From the NCBI RefSeq assembly GCF_001949145.1, contig NW_019091361.1, forward strand, positions 1,962,866 through 1,989,896: a stretch of DNA of 27,031 bases. Reading direction: 5' to 3'. A program made the translations under genes and the position numbers. This document shows, in pieces, positions 23,591 through 27,031 of the stretch. This stretch comes from Acanthaster planci. Its lineage: Eukaryota. The notes under the pieces were generated by a model. It saw only the letters and a program-made list of their open reading frames with translations. It was not told the origin of the DNA and ran no database searches. The stretch's first letter is position 1, and every line of letters begins with the position of its first letter.

Positions 23591-24280
23591 CTGTAGAGAA
23601 CAAATAGCAGTTGAAAAAAATGTACAGCCTGAAGTTCGGATTGCATAAAAATCGTGAGACAAACCAAAAATTTCAGCAGATCTACTCAAGATTAGCTAGC
23701 ATTGACTAACTCATGGTTTACACGAAAAAATGTTGCAGACACAAAAGAGGCTTGACTTGGATGGGTGGAGGGGGTTCATTGCCTCAAATACTGAAAGTTA
23801 CTTTCAAAGACCTTTAAAGGGAAATGGTTATTTCTTTCCCAACTGGGACTGTTGTGCTGCTTGGCAGAGGGGCGCAATAAATCCATCTGCAGTATTGTGA
23901 GTTGTGTGACAAAAATTGGCCAAACACTCTCCCACTGGGAAGAGGACAGCTTGCATTTACATCTGGGAAAAGGACAGCCTGTATTTATATCTTTCCATTA
24001 TTCCATCGACAACATTGCTCAAAATCAAGGTAGTAGAAAACCGCCTTGCAGTTTCAATCAACACAGTGCTTTTGATTTCTAAAAATCATGTCAAATAAAT
24101 ACTGTACTTATAACACAACCCAGTCTCTTTTGTTGATGGCAAGACCAATCATATCAAAGCCCTACATTGAAACGTACATGTACATTTCAAAGCACGATTT
24201 AGCTTGGGTATTAAGAGAAGCATTAAAGGCACTGATGGGCCAATGCACGAAGCCAAAAAAAGAAAGCATTAGCGTTGTAC

Positions 24281-24370
24281 CTTCCACCTTTTCTTGGCAT
24301 TGAATCGTCTCAGGTTCTCTGTATTAACATGCGAGCTGTCTCGGAGTTGTCGCTGTATCTTATTGGACGG
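24281..24370 (-). CDS. DAPK1: DAPK exon, 90 bp, phase 0-0, first half of the Ca2+/CaM autoregulatory domain: PSNKIQRQLRDSSHVNTENLRRFNAKKRWK
   Basis: Acceptor gcc-poly(T)-cag| and donor aag|gtacaa. It aligns without gaps to human DAPK1 PKDTQQALSRKASAVNMEKFKKFAARKKWK (30 aa, recalled). This frame is absent from the ORF track. Confidence 0.95.
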
Positions 24371-24730
24371 CTGAAAAAAAAAGGCAAACCATCTTTAATG
24401 TCCATCGTTTGGGATGAGGTTAATTTCCGCTCATTTCGATTTGCAGCTTGGGTCGAAATATTGCACTGTGTTTGCGTTTTACTCTCGATAATCAGGGTGC
24501 GAGAAAATGTTTCACATGCATTTCTCTCTGATGATATTAAGCAAATGGACAATGTTTCCCTTTTTACCACAATTTAAAAGACCACTTGATGTGGGAGTAT
24601 ACTCCCAGCCTAAATGTGACTATGCTCTTGCTCGACAATGGGTACACTCCTGCCATTCATGCATTCAGGAGTGTAATTGTATTAACATACTGCAAAGTTT
24701 GAGCAGTCAGCCTGCAAAGTACATAATAAG

Positions 24731-24951
24731 GGTCATTCTATAAATTTGGGGTCCCAAAAGTGTGACATGTTTAATGTCCCTGTAACACCTGACTTGTGCA
24801 ATTTGACATGAATGCATGTACATCATTAAAACTGATTGCGGACTATATTTTACCCTTTAGTTGGCAGGACATATGCATTACAGAATCACTTTTGGAAACT
24901 AAAGAACGTGTTCCAAACTGAAACATGGGACCTCAAACACATAGAATGACC
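24731..24951. mobile_element. MITE-like element of about 220 bp
   Basis: ggtcattctataaatttggggtccca (24731-24756) versus reverse complement of 24926-24951, ggtcattctatgtgtttgaggtccca (22/26). Confidence 0.7.
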
Positions 24952-25563
24952 ATATCAACAATGCCAATGATATGTCCCCCTAAAAATAATGATGAATGGA
25001 TGGAACTTGAAGCTTACTTTATGTGGTAAGTGCATGTGTTTAATTAGTAAATGGAGAGATGAATGATGACAACAATAACATAATGGGCTTAGAGCAATGA
25101 ATTACACTGCAACAGATCCACTCCAGTGAACTGATTTGTGTTCGACTAGAACAGTACAGCATCCCATGGGCTCATGTGCTGGCACTGTTCTCCATTCAAT
25201 CATCAATGAACACTGCCCTCTTGTGGTCCTAACAATTTAACAAGTACAGCAAAAAATATTTATAGAGTTATGACTAATGGCCCATCCATCATTTCTCTGT
25301 TCATATAGGTCAGAGCTGAGGGATCCATTTAATGTAATTAGATCAGAAGTGAAACTGGTAAACATAAAAAGGTTTGAAAACTCCTGGTTGAAAACATGGA
25401 TCAGAGTGTAGAGATTTTTTCTTTCCACTTCTTCGGTTACAATCATGGAAACACATTTTACCCCTCAGGTTTTCAAATACATGTAAGTAGAATGTGTGAA
25501 TTAATTATTTCAAACGTGGAAACAATGTCCTGACACGGAATGGCTGATTACCGCAGAGACTCT

Positions 25564-25682
25564 GGCCGTGTCCAAAACCGGCTTCCAGGGCTACGGCTAG
25601 GTCTATCGTCTAAGCGTCTCCACACATTTCCAATGGAGCGAAGACCTAGACCTAGCTTTAAACAATAGATTTGGACGCAGCC
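25564..25682. mobile_element. 119-bp MITE, copy 2, with a 3-bp target-site duplication TCT (PIF/Harbinger-like)
   Basis: tct|ggccgtgtccaaa...tttggacgcagcc|tct. Same length and orientation as 17602-17720. Confidence 0.87.
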
Positions 25683-26205
25683 TCTGACAGTGGATGCCAC
25701 ATGCAAGTGCAGGAGCCAGACTTGATGGCAAATAGACCAGCAAACTCACGCTTTAAAGCTCAGGCCAAAGAGTAAGTGGGTCATAAATACATATATGTCA
25801 TTTTCAGTTGTATCGTTTAGCAATATGGAGGAATTTAAAGAACATGGGTCCATGCTTATATTTAATGAGAGACTGCAAGAGGTCTGGTATGGTCCAAAAT
25901 GTCAGTTTTTCCTGAACAAATGCTGTCTAGCTATTAGTTTTCCTACCATATCAAGTATGTGAACGCAATATGAGCCTCTGGGGAATTATAGCTGTCTTCA
26001 TGTGGTGCCAGACATTTTTCTTGATGTCTCGACTTGTCGTCAGCAGGCTGTCTTCTGACGACGACTAGAGTACAGCTGAAATGTTCCCAGCTCCTTGAAG
26101 AGACAACAGTCTCCTCAGAGATGCATTACACAGCATGACCACAGACCAACGCTAATATTCCCACATTTAAAAAAAAAAAGAGAGGCAATCATAAAAATGC
26201 ATTAC

Positions 26206-26251
26206 CTTGATCCAGATGTGGTTCAGACAGTCGTCAACGGAAGCTCTTCGG
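26206..26251 (-). CDS. DAPK1: DAPK-family kinase, 46-bp internal exon (phase 2 to 0) encoding the end of the kinase domain: x-RRASVDDCLNHIWIK
   Basis: Minus-strand acceptor tttccttatctccag| and donor aag|gtaatg. The peptide matches the DAPK subdomain XI end (human DAPK1 KRMTIQDSLQHPWIK, recalled). It joins in frame to the next two DAPK-like exons. Confidence 0.92.
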
Positions 26252-27031
26252 CTGGAGATAAGGAAAGTTAAATCAACCGGTAATACACTGATGAGGATTA
26301 TGACGGATTCGAAACAACCTTTTTGTGATTCAATAACCTGGTGCTGCTGAATAGAACGTGTAGGATAGGTCACACAGTTTAAATAATTTGCTGACATTGT
26401 TGAAATCTGCAGCAACTTAAACTTTCAGGAGTAAGATGATCGGGGATAAGAAAGAGTACTAATCTGACTTTCTTTTGCTGATTTGTCATTTCTAGGCCTT
26501 GCTGCACATGAATCAGTGAGTGCATGTCCTGGAAATACATGTGTACCTCTTCTTCAGTCATACATGTAAATGTACACACAGGTATATACATGTATATGTA
26601 CTGTGTGTGGACATTCCTTTTTTGTTGTGTAAGTAAGGGAACTCAGTAAAATTACCCATTTTTCTTAAACAGCAGGCATTATTTCAAGCTGGATTTTGTT
26701 GACAGTTTCCTTGACTTTTCCTCTTCAACTTGTTCCATATAACCCTGACCTAAAAATGCCTCTAAGCCTGTTCTTCAGTGAAGGAAAAAACACCTTGCAT
26801 GGACCTACATGTACCATGTGTACAGCTTGATCCACACAAGGTTCATACTGTCTGGACCTTTTTTCGTTCTCAAGTCCTCATATACCCTGTACAGTAGAGA
26901 GCCTACAAGGCACATCAATGTTACCATTTAATATTCAAAAACATAAATATACACTACAAGAATATGGTTGGAATGAGATTATGTATTATACTTTAATTAC
27001 ATGTACTTATAATCCAAAGCAGTACAGACTC

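Noticed and set aside
26655..26750. Possible preceding kinase exon (LSGASPF...LLVKDP type)
   Set aside because: All three minus-strand frames contain stops and lack kinase motifs; that exon must lie beyond 27031.

Overview
Animal genomic DNA: AT-rich, CpG-poor, with spliceosomal GT-AG introns and no prokaryote-style genes. Almost all ORFs in the supplied track are spurious. The repeat content suggests a marine invertebrate, possibly an echinoderm (from recall, not verified). The minus strand carries three consecutive exons of a death-associated protein kinase (DAPK) gene: 26206-26251 (end of kinase domain, RRASVDDCLNHIWIK), 24281-24370 (PSNKIQ...RRFNAKKRWK) and 23510-23590 (QSMKVVSICCRLSK...). 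The last two form the Ca2+/calmodulin autoregulatory segment. The rest of the kinase lies beyond position 27031. I found no DAPK1-type 'DEEDSFV'/ankyrin exon in the 23.5 kb downstream. That stretch instead holds in-frame (phase-0) candidate cassette exons, two candidate alternative last exons with stop codons and poly(A) signals (18140-18253; 10831-10866), and a CpG-rich candidate internal first exon (MAQPEIASM|GTGAGT, 8101-8127). This suggests a modular DAPK locus able to make a short DAPK2/DRP-1-like kinase and possibly a kinase-less product. The introns also contain several MITE-like elements, a Helentron-like composite repeat, minisatellites and a strong excess of TACATGTA.
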